Shown: positions 25,457 through 34,601, counted from the stretch's first letter. The stretch: DNA of 58,301 bases from Actinomycetota bacterium (GCA_035536535.1 DATLNZ010000086.1:1-58301); one strand, 5' to 3'. The notes: a model not told the origin generated them from the letters alone. Numbers and translations are program-made.

Positions 25457-27057
25457 GAGTGCCCGCCGGCCCGTCTGATCCGCAGGCGCCGGGCCGACAG
25501 ACCGGCGGCCACCGCTGCCAGCGCACCTCCGAACAGCACCGGCGCGACCGCGGAGCGACGCTCCGGTGGCGGCTGTGCGTCGCGGCCGGCGGGGGGCGTG
25601 CCCGGGCCCCCGGAGCAGACCTCCTCGACACCTGCATCCGGCGGCTCCGGCTTGCCGTCGCGGCCCCACGTCCATGCGTCGACCGATCCGTCGCGGACGA
25701 CGCGGGCCGCGGCTCCCTGCGAAGAGAATGTCCAGCCGGATCCACGGTCGCGGGTCCAGTAGCCCCAGAACTCGGGGTATCGGCAGAAGCACCCGTCCGA
25801 CTTTGAGCATCCGTGGGGGCCGATTCGGCAGATCGCGGACCCCATCTGCCCGGACTCCACCACGAGGTCCGGGGCCAGCCGGGACAGCAGGTCCAGTCCC
25901 GTGATCTCGGCCTCGTCGAACACCAGGCACAACCGCCGGACCCGGCCGTCCGGGTCCCGCAGGACCAGCCCCGCCCTGTTGCGGCCGGCAGCCTTTGCCG
26001 TGGGCGACGCACCCGGGGCGGCGCTCGCTGTCGCTTTGCGTCCTCCCGCGGGAGCCACGGACGCCCGGGCGCCCGGGGCGGCCCCCGATCCGGTTCCGCC
26101 GGCCTGGTCCCGGCCGGCCGTTCCCCTCACCGGCAGCGCTGCGCCGGACACGCCCGTCACCGCCTGGACGGTGGCGTAGTCGTTCGGGCCTTCGCCCGCG
26201 ACGTAACGGAAGCCGCCCGACGGGTGCTGCAGCGACAGCAGCGCCTTCACGCCGTCGCCTCCTCCGGGCGCCTGCCAGGGCGCATCCGACGGGTCCTCTC
26301 CCAGGGTCGCCACGGCGGACAGCACGAGAGCGGTCGAGTTCGCGTTGGTCGGCTTGCCCACCTCCAGGCCCCAGCCGCCGGACGGGTTCTGGGTGCGCAT
26401 GAGGTGGCCACGTCCGCCGGAGACGGCGTCGTCCTGCCGGCTGAGCCCGGCGGCCAGCAGCGCCGCCAGCATCGTGGCCGTCGTGTCCGCGTCGGGCGCG
26501 GCCGCGCACGCCCGCCGGTGGGACCACCCGCCCGACGCGCACCGGTTGTCCCGCGCGTAACGCAGAGCCTGCTCGGGGACCGGCCGCCGGGCGGCCGCCA
26601 GCGCGAGCACCGCCAAGGCGTGCCCGTACAGCGACTCCCGGTCGTAGGACCCGGTGGAGGAGTCGATCGACGACTCCAGCCGCGCCGCGTAGTCGAAGCC
26701 CCCGAAGGACGCAGGATCGCGACCGGCGGCGACCAGCCCCAGGACGATGCGGCCTGCGTACGCCGCCTTTGTCGCGCGCTCCGGCCCCCGCGACTCCACA
26801 TAGTCCAGGGCGCGGGCCCGTGAGTCGGAGGATGTCCCGGCCGCGGCGAGCGCGACCACGACCTCCGCCACCGCGTCGGCCGGGTGGTCGGGCGTGAAGA
26901 ACGCGCCACTGTCCTGCTGTCTCGCGGACAGGTAGCCCGCGCCCCTTGCCGCCGCCTCAGAGCCGGGTGAGGCGGCGGCGGGAACCGGCTGGAGGACCGT
27001 TGCCGTCAGACAGCAGACCGCGATCGCGATCCTCAGCAGAGGACGCCGGGACCCCAT
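25453..27057 (-). CDS. secreted, C-terminally anchored protein: prenyltransferase/squalene-oxidase-repeat alpha/alpha toroid fused to a DUF4430-like beta domain
   Basis: Signal peptide LLRIAIAVCCLTATVLQPVPAAAS. Repeats QQDSGAFF, CASGGWSH, TQNPSGGWG, LQHPSGGFRY. Gly/Ala linker. Then EFWGYWTRDRGSGWTFSSQGAAARVVRDGSVDAWTWG (DUF4430-type). Terminal TM VAPVLFGGALAAVAAGL followed by RRLRIRR. Confidence 0.8.
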   Translation of the reverse strand: MGSRRPLLRIAIAVCCLTATVLQPVPAAASPGSEAAARGAGYLSARQQDSGAFFTPDHPADAVAEVVVALAAAGTSSDSRARALDYVESRGPERATKAAYAGRIVLGLVAAGRDPASFGGFDYAARLESSIDSSTGSYDRESLYGHALAVLALAAARRPVPEQALRYARDNRCASGGWSHRRACAAAPDADTTATMLAALLAAGLSRQDDAVSGGRGHLMRTQNPSGGWGLEVGKPTNANSTALVLSAVATLGEDPSDAPWQAPGGGDGVKALLSLQHPSGGFRYVAGEGPNDYATVQAVTGVSGAALPVRGTAGRDQAGGTGSGAAPGARASVAPAGGRKATASAAPGASPTAKAAGRNRAGLVLRDPDGRVRRLCLVFDEAEITGLDLLSRLAPDLVVESGQMGSAICRIGPHGCSKSDGCFCRYPEFWGYWTRDRGSGWTFSSQGAAARVVRDGSVDAWTWGRDGKPEPPDAGVEEVCSGGPGTPPAGRDAQPPPERRSAVAPVLFGGALAAVAAGLSARRLRIRRAGGHS

Positions 27058-27485
27058 GGCGTGTAGGCGAACGACAGCACGTCGCCCTGGGACGCGCGGA
27101 AAAAGTCGACACCCTGCTCAGACGGGAGCCCGTTTTCGTGCATCGCCCAGTACCAGCATCCGGCGCCCAGCGGGTCGCCGCCGCCGCAGACGGAGTCGAC
27201 GCAGTCGACGAAATTGCCCAGTCCGGGGAACGCCGACAGCCGGTAGGAGTCCAGACACCCCGAATCGACCGCCGCGTCAAGAACCGCGACGCCGTCGGCG
27301 CCGTCGGCTACGGACACCGCACAGACCGCGGCGGCTTTGCCCGACCCATGGGTGGCGGGGCCGGGTCCCGATGCCGTCACCGTCATCTGGACGGACGACG
27401 ACGCGTGGGCGGGAGCCGCCATAAAGGCGGCAAGCAGCAACAAAGCAGTGACAACTGACAGGGCACGACGAAATGCGCGGGTCAC
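27033..27485 (-). CDS. secreted DUF4430-domain (transcobalamin beta-domain-like) protein
   Basis: Signal peptide ALSVVTALLLLAAFMAAPAHA. Core CWYWAMHENGLPSEQGVDFFRASQGDVLSFAY matches the DUF4430 W.Y.vNG...G......l.dGD.i.w.Y pattern. GTG 27485 sits 8 nt after AGGAGG; the track start 27494 overlaps the SD. Confidence 0.75.
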   Translation of the reverse strand: MTRAFRRALSVVTALLLLAAFMAAPAHASSSVQMTVTASGPGPATHGSGKAAAVCAVSVADGADGVAVLDAAVDSGCLDSYRLSAFPGLGNFVDCVDSVCGGGDPLGAGCWYWAMHENGLPSEQGVDFFRASQGDVLSFAYTPWGPGVLC

Positions 27486-27529
27486 GCGCTCCACCTCCTC
27501 GTTCCTCGAAGGAGTAACTGGAGCCCTTG

Positions 27530-27695
27530 TGACGGCGGGTCGTCCTGGCTTGCGGGGAGACCACTGGGTCCCCCGCTCACAGTTGCGGGTCAGCGCCGGA
27601 CTCTCACCGGCTTCGCCACTTGCGTCCCGGGCATCCGGACCCGGAACGCCGCCACTCAGCTCTACTGCCGGACGAGGATACGCCCCGTCCGCCTA
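27530..27695 (-). promoter_or_regulatory. cobalamin (B12) riboswitch
   Basis: The minus strand reads GGCGAAGCCGGUGAGAGUCCGGCGCUGACCCGCAACUGUGAGCGGGG (27617->27571), then AGCCAGGACGACCCGCC (27550->27534), with closing helix GGCGG (27693->27689) / CCGCC. This matches the invariant core and 3' box of the cobalamin riboswitch family. Confidence 0.85.
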
Positions 27696-27757
27696 GGATG
27701 TTCGACGCGTGGGCCGCTGATCCTCCCGCGGGCGGGGCGCGGAGTGGTTCGCGGGGG

Positions 27758-28969
27758 TCAGCGCCCGGGGGTCGAGGCGGGCCGCGACGCTTTGGGCGCC
27801 GGTTTCAGGGCAGCCTCGGTGTACTCGTTGTCGGCGTTCCACAGCAGCCATTGGTCCACCCCGGCCTCCTCGGCGGCCCGGATCTGATCCTGGACGTGGC
27901 GGGGCGAGTACTTCACGCGCAGGGAAAAGTCCTGAAGCCACGGGCGCTGCCGCGCCTGCGTCCCCGCCATCTGCTCCTTCCCCTTCTCCAATGCGTTCTT
28001 GATCGTCTCGTAGGGGCTGGATTCCGGGTCCCTGAGGCCGTAGTTGCCGCGGGAGTAGTGGGAGGGGTAGATCATCAGCGACACGTAGTCGACCTCGGCG
28101 GCGATGACGCTCAGCGTCTGACCGATACCCGGGTCCTCCACCAGCGTCACGAACCCGAAGAGGTCGGCGGACACGTACGCTCCCATCGGCGCCAGCTCCG
28201 ACTTGGCGCGTCTCAACACGTCCCTGATGACCTGGGGCGGCTCGCGGACGTCGCGGTGCCGGTACCACATGTTGTCCACGGCCCCGTCGGTCGGAAAGCG
28301 GACGTAGTCGAACTGGATCTCGTCAAAGCCCAGTGTGACCGCCTCCCGTGCGAGCTCGAGGTTGTACTCCACAACCTCACGGGAGTACGGGTCACCCCAG
28401 CTGAGGTCTTTCCGGTCCTTCCACACGCCCCCGCGCAGGTCCTGCACCGCCAGGTCCGGCCGGGCCTTGGCCAGCACGGTGTCGTTGAAGGTGACGATGC
28501 GGCCGATGACGTAGACGCCGTGTTCCTTGAGCGTGCGCAGGGTGGCCCGGGGGTCCTTCATCTTCCGGCGTCCCCCGCCGATTGCCACGGCCCTCGGCGA
28601 CGTCGGGATCCAGGAGACCTCGCCGGACTCGTTTTTTATGTCGATGACGACCGCGTTGAGCTCGGTGCGGTCCAGGAGGCCCAGCAACTTGTTGAAGTTC
28701 TCCCCCCCAGCCGAGTAGCCGGTCATCGTGATCCCCTTGGCTTTTGTGGGAGCGGGGCGCTCGCGCCTCAGGGTGGGGGTTGGCTTGGGAGTCGCCCGCG
28801 CCGCCAGGACGCGGGGTCGCGGTGAAGCGCTGGGCCGGCGACCCGGCGCCCGGTCGGGCGCCCCAGCCGCCGGCGTCCGTCCGGAGGAGAACAGGGGCGA
28901 CGTCGGAGGCGCGACCATAAAGGCCGCGATCACGAGGGCTGTCAGGACGAGGGCGCGCTGATAGAGCAT
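27758..28969 (-). CDS. putative glycoside hydrolase, DUF4015-type TIM barrel, membrane-anchored/secreted
   Basis: N-terminal anchor ALVLTALVIAAFMV and a Pro-rich linker. Then NAVVIDIKNESG, VYVIGRIVTFND, GFDEIQFDYVRFP and YPSHY segments typical of this family. Confidence 0.65.
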   Translation of the reverse strand: MLYQRALVLTALVIAAFMVAPPTSPLFSSGRTPAAGAPDRAPGRRPSASPRPRVLAARATPKPTPTLRRERPAPTKAKGITMTGYSAGGENFNKLLGLLDRTELNAVVIDIKNESGEVSWIPTSPRAVAIGGGRRKMKDPRATLRTLKEHGVYVIGRIVTFNDTVLAKARPDLAVQDLRGGVWKDRKDLSWGDPYSREVVEYNLELAREAVTLGFDEIQFDYVRFPTDGAVDNMWYRHRDVREPPQVIRDVLRRAKSELAPMGAYVSADLFGFVTLVEDPGIGQTLSVIAAEVDYVSLMIYPSHYSRGNYGLRDPESSPYETIKNALEKGKEQMAGTQARQRPWLQDFSLRVKYSPRHVQDQIRAAEEAGVDQWLLWNADNEYTEAALKPAPKASRPASTPGR

Positions 28970-29033
28970 GGGCCGAGTCAGAAAGACTACCCGCCGGGGG
29001 CCGCCCTGTGGAAACCTTGTGAATGACCGCTGG

Positions 29034-29483
29034 TCAGTGGCCCCGGCGATCCAGGGCCCGCAGCTTGGACAGCCTCCTCGCGTGCCGTTCCTCGCCGCTG
29101 AACCGGGCCCCCAGAAAGGCGATGACGATCTCCCGCGCCAGCTCGACCCCCGTGACCCTGGCGCCCAGGGCGAGCACGTTCACGTCGTCATGCTCGACGC
29201 ACTGCCGGGCCGTGTAGGTGTCGTATACGGGCGCAGCGAGGATGCCTTCGAACTTGTTGGCCGCGATGCCGGCCCCGGCGCCCGAGCCGCACACGACTAT
29301 GCCCCGGTCCGCTGTGCCGTCCAGCACACACCTGGCCACGGCGGCCGACTGGTCCGGGTAGTCGACGGGCTCGGCCGAGTGGGTGCCGAGGTCCATCGGT
29401 TCGTGTCCTGACGCCTTCAGCAGCCCGACGAGTTCGTTTTTGAGCTCGAACCCCGCGTGGTCGGCTGCTATCGCGACTCTCAT
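29034..29483 (-). CDS. rpiB: ribose-5-phosphate isomerase B
   Basis: MRVAIAADHAGFELK, GIVVCGSGAGAGIAANK, NVLALGARV and ERHARRL: the canonical RpiB/LacAB pattern. Confidence 0.9.
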   Translation of the reverse strand: MRVAIAADHAGFELKNELVGLLKASGHEPMDLGTHSAEPVDYPDQSAAVARCVLDGTADRGIVVCGSGAGAGIAANKFEGILAAPVYDTYTARQCVEHDDVNVLALGARVTGVELAREIVIAFLGARFSGEERHARRLSKLRALDRRGH

Positions 29484-29549
29484 GGCGCGGGCATCCTAGC
29501 AGCGCCGGTTCCCGGCTCCCCCGGAGCCGGGCCACCGTACGATACGCGG

Positions 29550-30284
29550 ATGTCCGATCCGCCGGTCCTGCGCGTGCGCGACCTTCGCAAGCAATTCGGT
29601 GCGGTGACCGCCGTCGACGGCATCTCGTTTGACGTCGCGCCCGGCGAGATCTTCGGCCTGCTCGGCCCCAACGGCGCCGGGAAGACGACGACCCTGCACA
29701 TGCTGCTCGGGTTGATAAAGCCGACGTCCGGCAGCATCGAGGTCTTCGGGATGGACCTGGGCAGACACCGCCAGCGCGTCCTGAAGGACGTCAACTTCTC
29801 CGCTTCCTACGTGAGCCTGCCGGCGCGTCTCACGGTCCGCGAAAACCTGCGCGTGTTCGCCGGGCTCTACGGTGTGCCGCAGGCTCGGACACGCATCGAC
29901 GAGGTGCTGGAGCTGTTCGGAGCGTCCCAGTGGGCGGACCGTCCGGCCCGGCAGCTGTCCAGCGGTCAGGGGACTCTCGTCCACCTCGCAAAGGCGGTGC
30001 TCAACCGTCCGCGACTTCTATTGCTCGACGAGCCGACGGCGTCACTTGACCCGGACGTCGCCGGCCGGACTCGCGACATCCTCACGCGCGTGGTCCGCGC
30101 CGAGGGGACGACTCTGGTGATCACGTCCCACAACATGGTCGAGGTGGAGCGCATCTGCACCCGCATCGGGTTCGTCTTCGGGGGCCGGATGGTCGCCGAC
30201 GGGGAGCCGGGAGAGGTCGTCCGGCGAGTCGGCACACGCGACCTCGAAACCGCTTTCGTGCGGCTCGCACGGGAGGGCGGCTGA
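29550..30284 (+). CDS. ABC transporter ATP-binding protein (ABC-2 exporter type)
   Basis: GPNGAGKTT, LSSGQGTLVHLA and LLLLDEPTASLD. Start taken at ATG 29550 (MSDPPVLRVRDLRK). Confidence 0.9.
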   Translation: MSDPPVLRVRDLRKQFGAVTAVDGISFDVAPGEIFGLLGPNGAGKTTTLHMLLGLIKPTSGSIEVFGMDLGRHRQRVLKDVNFSASYVSLPARLTVRENLRVFAGLYGVPQARTRIDEVLELFGASQWADRPARQLSSGQGTLVHLAKAVLNRPRLLLLDEPTASLDPDVAGRTRDILTRVVRAEGTTLVITSHNMVEVERICTRIGFVFGGRMVADGEPGEVVRRVGTRDLETAFVRLAREGG

Positions 30285-30285
30285 G

Positions 30286-31080
30286 ATGTGGACCCGCGTG
30301 GGAGCGATCGTCCTGCGCCAGGGGCTGCTGTACAGGCGGTCCGGCCCCCGCCTCGCGGAGATGTTCTATTGGCCGGTCATCGACGTGCTGGTCTGGAGCT
30401 TTCTGTCGCTGTACCTGCGACGCCTGGAGAATCCAGGAGCGGGAGTGCGGGCCGGGGCGGCGATCGTCGGTGCGCTGATCCTGTGGGACATCCTGTTCCG
30501 CTCCCAGCAGTCGGTGGCCATGGCCTTTCTCGAAGACGTCTGGTCCCGCAACCTGCTCAACGTCTTCGCGTCGCCGATCCGCCCGGCGGAGTACGTCGTC
30601 GGCGGGATCGTGGCCGGGATCATCAAGGTCACGGGGGCTGCGGCGGTCGCGGCCCTGATCGCCTGGGGCCTGATCGGCTTCAACATCCTGTCCATCGGTC
30701 TCCACCTGTTCGTGTTCGTTGCGAACCTGCTGGTGATGGGCTGGGCGATCGGCATCGTCACGATGGCGCTGATCCTGTACTTCGGCGAGGGGGCCGAGGT
30801 GCTGGCGTGGGCGCTGTCGTTCGCCTTCCAGCCGCTGTCGGCCGTCTTCTACCCCGTCTCGGTCCTGCCGCAGCCGTTCAGGGCGATAGCGCACGGCATC
30901 CCGGCCTCGCATGTCTTCGAGGGAATGAGGTCGGTGCTCGCGGGGCGCGGCCTGCCACTGGACGAGCTTGCCTGGGCGGTGGGGCTCAACGTGGTCTACG
31001 TCCTGGCGGCGACGCTGTTTTTCGCGTGGATGTTCGATCTGGTGCGCACAAAGGGGCTGCTCACAAAATTCGGAGAGTGA
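30286..31080 (+). CDS. ABC-2 type transporter permease
   Basis: Six TM helices, starting 2 nt after the ATPase stop. Typical ABC-2 family size. Confidence 0.8.
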   Translation: MWTRVGAIVLRQGLLYRRSGPRLAEMFYWPVIDVLVWSFLSLYLRRLENPGAGVRAGAAIVGALILWDILFRSQQSVAMAFLEDVWSRNLLNVFASPIRPAEYVVGGIVAGIIKVTGAAAVAALIAWGLIGFNILSIGLHLFVFVANLLVMGWAIGIVTMALILYFGEGAEVLAWALSFAFQPLSAVFYPVSVLPQPFRAIAHGIPASHVFEGMRSVLAGRGLPLDELAWAVGLNVVYVLAATLFFAWMFDLVRTKGLLTKFGE

Positions 31081-31107
31081 GTCCGCCCCGAGCGTGGTTC
31101 GCCGCTC

Positions 31108-33657
31108 CTACTCGTACTGAAGCGCGTCGACCACGTCCATCCGGGCGGCGCGAGCGGCGGGGTACAGGGAGGCGAGGCCCGAAGCCGCCAGGCCCAGGAC
31201 TGCGGAGCCTACGTAGGCCGAGGCGGGGAAGGCGAGCCTGAGGTCGATCCCGGACTGCTCCTGCATCACCCTGAACATGAAAAGCCCGATCAGCGACCCG
31301 AAGACCCACGCGAGCAGGACGCCGACGCCCCCCACCAGCAGGGCCTCGACCGTCACCATCCGCCTGACCTGACCTCGCAGCATCCCGACGGCGCGCAGCA
31401 CGCCGAGGTCGCGGCGGCGTTCGAGGGTCGAAATCAGAAGGGTGTTCGCCAATCCGAGAGCCGCGACCACGACGGCCACCAACTGCACTGAGGAGATCAG
31501 GTCGCGGATGGACCCCACGATCCCGTTGATCCGGTCGACGAACTGGGCCCGGCTGTCGACTTCGATTCCCAGCGGCCCCCGGAGGCGCTTCAGGATCTCC
31601 CCCCGCACGCGCTCCGGGTCGGCGCCCGGATCAAGCCCCACGCCGAAGGAGTCGGCCGTGGCCGTACGGAAGGTGGACGTGAACTGCCTGAAGTCGAACG
31701 AGAACGTCGGCGTGACCGCGGACGGATCCGGGAAGTATCCGACCACCTCCAGCGTCTTCACCCCCGACGGCGTGGGCATCTTCACCCGGTCGCCGACCCT
31801 GATGCCCATCACCGACGTCACCGACGGAGTGATCACGACCGTGTCCTGCTTGGCGAGCTTCCGGGCCAGCTCGCGAACCTCCCGCCGCCAGGACGGGTCG
31901 AGGCCGGGCAGCTTGCCGTAGTTGGGGTAGTCGATTGCGTTGAAGACGACAACGCGGTTGCGGAAATTACCGAGCACCATCCGGAACGGATAGGCCGCCG
32001 CAACCCCCGGCACCTCCTCGATGGCCTGTCCCATCGACGCGTTGAGCGGCACGTCGGATCCGAACGGCCTCCAGGTGGCGGTCCGGACGTACATGTCCGC
32101 GCGCACTATGCGGTCCATCCCCGACTGGAAGGACCGTGTGAACGAGCCCAGCGCGATCGAAAAGCCCACCACCAGAGACAGAGCAAGAAGGACGGCCCCG
32201 GCGGTGAACGCGGTCCGTCCCGGCGACCGCAGGACCTCGCCGGCGGCCAGCGACACCGGCGCGCCGCGGGATGTCCCGCCGCGGGCGAGGCGGCCGAGCA
32301 GCAGCCGCGCCACCAGAGGGACGCCGACCCGCACGAGCAACGCCGCGCCGGACAGCGCCAGCACCAGTCCCGCTGTCGACACCGAGGACGCCTTGTCCGC
32401 GCGCCCGAGAAGATCCCACACGGTCAGCGACGCTCCGGCGGCGAACAGCACCACCCCCGCCGCCGCGGTCAGTGCGCGAGGCCCGGCAGCGGACTCCTCC
32501 AGTGCGCCCGCCGGGGCTAGCGCGGATGCCGGCTGAACCCTTGAGACTCGCCGGGCCGGGAGCCAGGCAGCGAGGACCGACACGGCGATTCCGGCGGCGA
32601 AGGCCAGCAGCACCGACAGGTCGTCCAGGACGACGGTCGTGATGTCGACCGGGAACACGTCCTCGACGGCCGCGCCTCTGGTCGCCAGCAGGATCCGGGC
32701 CAGGACGATCCCGAAGAAGACGCCGATCGCGCTGCCGACCACCCCCAGAAGGGCCCCTTCGGCCACGAAAAGCGAGAACACCTGGCGGCGTGTCGCTCCC
32801 ACGGCCCGCAGCAGCGCGGCCTCCCCCGTCCGCTCCACCGCCGCCATCGCCATCGTGTTGAAGACGAGGAAGCCGCCGACGAACAAAGCGACGATCGACG
32901 CGACGTTGAGGCTGGCGGTGGTGCTGGCGAGCATCTCGCCGACGTCCCCGGTCCGAAGTGCCACCGGCCCGACACGGCCGAGGTCGCCAACCACGTCGGC
33001 CAGCCGCTTTTGGACGGCGTCCGGGTCGGCGGCCCTGATGTAGAACGCGTCGACCCCGCCGGAGCGCCCGACCAGGGACTGGACCAGGTTCAGCGACCCC
33101 ACCGCGATGCGGCCACCGGCGCCGTCGCCGCGGATGATCGCCCCGATCGGACGGCGCTGCCACCCATTGGCCGTAGCCACATCCACGTGATCGCCGGCCC
33201 CCACGTCGAGGTCCTGCGCCAGTCCCTTGGGCAGCACGAGCGACAGCGGGCTGACGCGCCGGAAGTCCTTGGGCTGGATGGCCTCCGGCGCCATCTTCAG
33301 GACGCCCGAGTCCAGCCCCACCAGAAGGGCCCGCTCCTCGCCCTTCCCGGACCGGAGCTTCGTGTAGGACTCCACGGTCGCCCCGACTTCCTGGACCCCC
33401 TTCACCTTCGAGATCTCGTTTATCAGCGCGTGGGGCAGTCCCAGGTGCGTGTTGCCCCTTACCTCCAGATTCGCCGTGCTGGCGGCGGCCTCCGATATCC
33501 CGTGGAGTGAGCGGTTGATGGACGACCCGAGCGCGGAGACGGCAACCGCCAGAGCCACCCCCGACGCGACGCCGGCTACCGCGAGCAGGGCGCGGACGCG
33601 GTGGGACGTCAGGTGCCTGGCGTCCAGCGCCGCGACCAGGCGCAGGGATGACCTCAT
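31108..33657 (-). CDS. FtsX/MacB-type ABC transporter permease with duplicated FtsX domains
   Basis: 849 aa: two modules, each a TM helix, a large extracytoplasmic domain, then 3 TM helices (LLRAVGATRRQV... and VLRAVGMLRGQV...). ATG overlaps the ATPase stop (ATGA). Confidence 0.85.
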   Translation of the reverse strand: MRSSLRLVAALDARHLTSHRVRALLAVAGVASGVALAVAVSALGSSINRSLHGISEAAASTANLEVRGNTHLGLPHALINEISKVKGVQEVGATVESYTKLRSGKGEERALLVGLDSGVLKMAPEAIQPKDFRRVSPLSLVLPKGLAQDLDVGAGDHVDVATANGWQRRPIGAIIRGDGAGGRIAVGSLNLVQSLVGRSGGVDAFYIRAADPDAVQKRLADVVGDLGRVGPVALRTGDVGEMLASTTASLNVASIVALFVGGFLVFNTMAMAAVERTGEAALLRAVGATRRQVFSLFVAEGALLGVVGSAIGVFFGIVLARILLATRGAAVEDVFPVDITTVVLDDLSVLLAFAAGIAVSVLAAWLPARRVSRVQPASALAPAGALEESAAGPRALTAAAGVVLFAAGASLTVWDLLGRADKASSVSTAGLVLALSGAALLVRVGVPLVARLLLGRLARGGTSRGAPVSLAAGEVLRSPGRTAFTAGAVLLALSLVVGFSIALGSFTRSFQSGMDRIVRADMYVRTATWRPFGSDVPLNASMGQAIEEVPGVAAAYPFRMVLGNFRNRVVVFNAIDYPNYGKLPGLDPSWRREVRELARKLAKQDTVVITPSVTSVMGIRVGDRVKMPTPSGVKTLEVVGYFPDPSAVTPTFSFDFRQFTSTFRTATADSFGVGLDPGADPERVRGEILKRLRGPLGIEVDSRAQFVDRINGIVGSIRDLISSVQLVAVVVAALGLANTLLISTLERRRDLGVLRAVGMLRGQVRRMVTVEALLVGGVGVLLAWVFGSLIGLFMFRVMQEQSGIDLRLAFPASAYVGSAVLGLAASGLASLYPAARAARMDVVDALQYE

Positions 33658-34601
33658 CCCCGGGGGTCCTCCTCCGGGGGAATGGGGGCGCCGGCCACCT
33701 CGGCATCCGCGGGGGTCAGCGGGGGCTGGGGCTGGGGCGCTGGAACAGCGGCCCTTTCGGGGGCCGGCGCGATGTCCACCCTCTCGAACGCAGCCGGAGC
33801 TGCCGGAATGTCCACTCTCCCGGGAGCCGCGGGCATGGGGAACGACGTCCGAAACTCTGGCCGGTCGGTTTCGTCGCGAACGAGCTGCTGCGGCAGGTCG
33901 ACGGGAGGCTGGTCCGAAAGAAGCCCGTCGCGCAGGTAAAGCCGGCGGTCCCCAGGCCCCGCCGCCGCCGGGTCGTGAGTCACGAGCACAACGGCGGTCC
34001 CCAGCGACTTCGGGGCGTCGTGCAGGATCCGGTACACCTCGGCCCCCGCCTGCGAGTCCAGGTTTCCGGTGGGCTCGTCGGCCAGGAGCAGCGCCGGACG
34101 CGTCACGAGGGCTCTGGCTATCGCCACCCGCTGCTGCTCCCCGCCCGACAGCTCTCTGGGCCGATGGGCCGCCCGGGCCTCCAGGCCCAGCCGCCGCAGG
34201 GTCTCCAGAGCGGGACCCTCGGCATCCTTCGGGTCGTGGCCGTCCAGCAGCAGCGGGAGCATCACGTTCTCCGCCGCGCTCATCGTGGGCAGCAGGTGGA
34301 AGAACTGGAAGATGAAGCCGACCCGGCGCCGACGGTAGAGCGTGAGCTCGTCGTCCGTCATCTCGTCGACGGGCGTCCCCTCGAGTCGGACGGCCCCTTC
34401 GTCGGGCAGGTCCAGTCCGGCCATCACGTGAAGCAGGGTCGACTTGCCGGCGCCGGAAGGCCCCGTCACCACCACGAACTCACCGGGGCGGACGTCCATC
34501 GACACCGACCGCAGCGCCCGGACCTCCTCCCGCCCCCGGAAGTAGGACCTGTAGACGTCCGAGAGCTCGACGATCGGACCCGAGGGCTCCGCCGGGTTCA
34601 C
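33654..34601 (-). CDS. MacB/LolD-type ABC ATP-binding protein with Pro/Ala-rich C-terminal extension
   Basis: GPSGAGKSTLL, LSGGEQQRVAIARAL and LLADEPTGNLD. GTG 34601 overlaps the lipoprotein stop (GTGA). About 95-aa tail containing RVDIPAAPAAFERVDIAPAPE. Confidence 0.9.
   Translation of the reverse strand: MNPAEPSGPIVELSDVYRSYFRGREEVRALRSVSMDVRPGEFVVVTGPSGAGKSTLLHVMAGLDLPDEGAVRLEGTPVDEMTDDELTLYRRRRVGFIFQFFHLLPTMSAAENVMLPLLLDGHDPKDAEGPALETLRRLGLEARAAHRPRELSGGEQQRVAIARALVTRPALLLADEPTGNLDSQAGAEVYRILHDAPKSLGTAVVLVTHDPAAAGPGDRRLYLRDGLLSDQPPVDLPQQLVRDETDRPEFRTSFPMPAAPGRVDIPAAPAAFERVDIAPAPERAAVPAPQPQPPLTPADAEVAGAPIPPEEDPRG

Noticed and set aside
25457-26542. N-terminal 362 codons of the 650-aa ORF 24590..26542
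   Set aside because: Only the last 288 codons (from GTG 25456) look like EcfT/CbiQ. The upstream part is an Arg/Gly/Pro-rich alternative frame of the well-supported toroid-DUF4430 gene 25453..27057.
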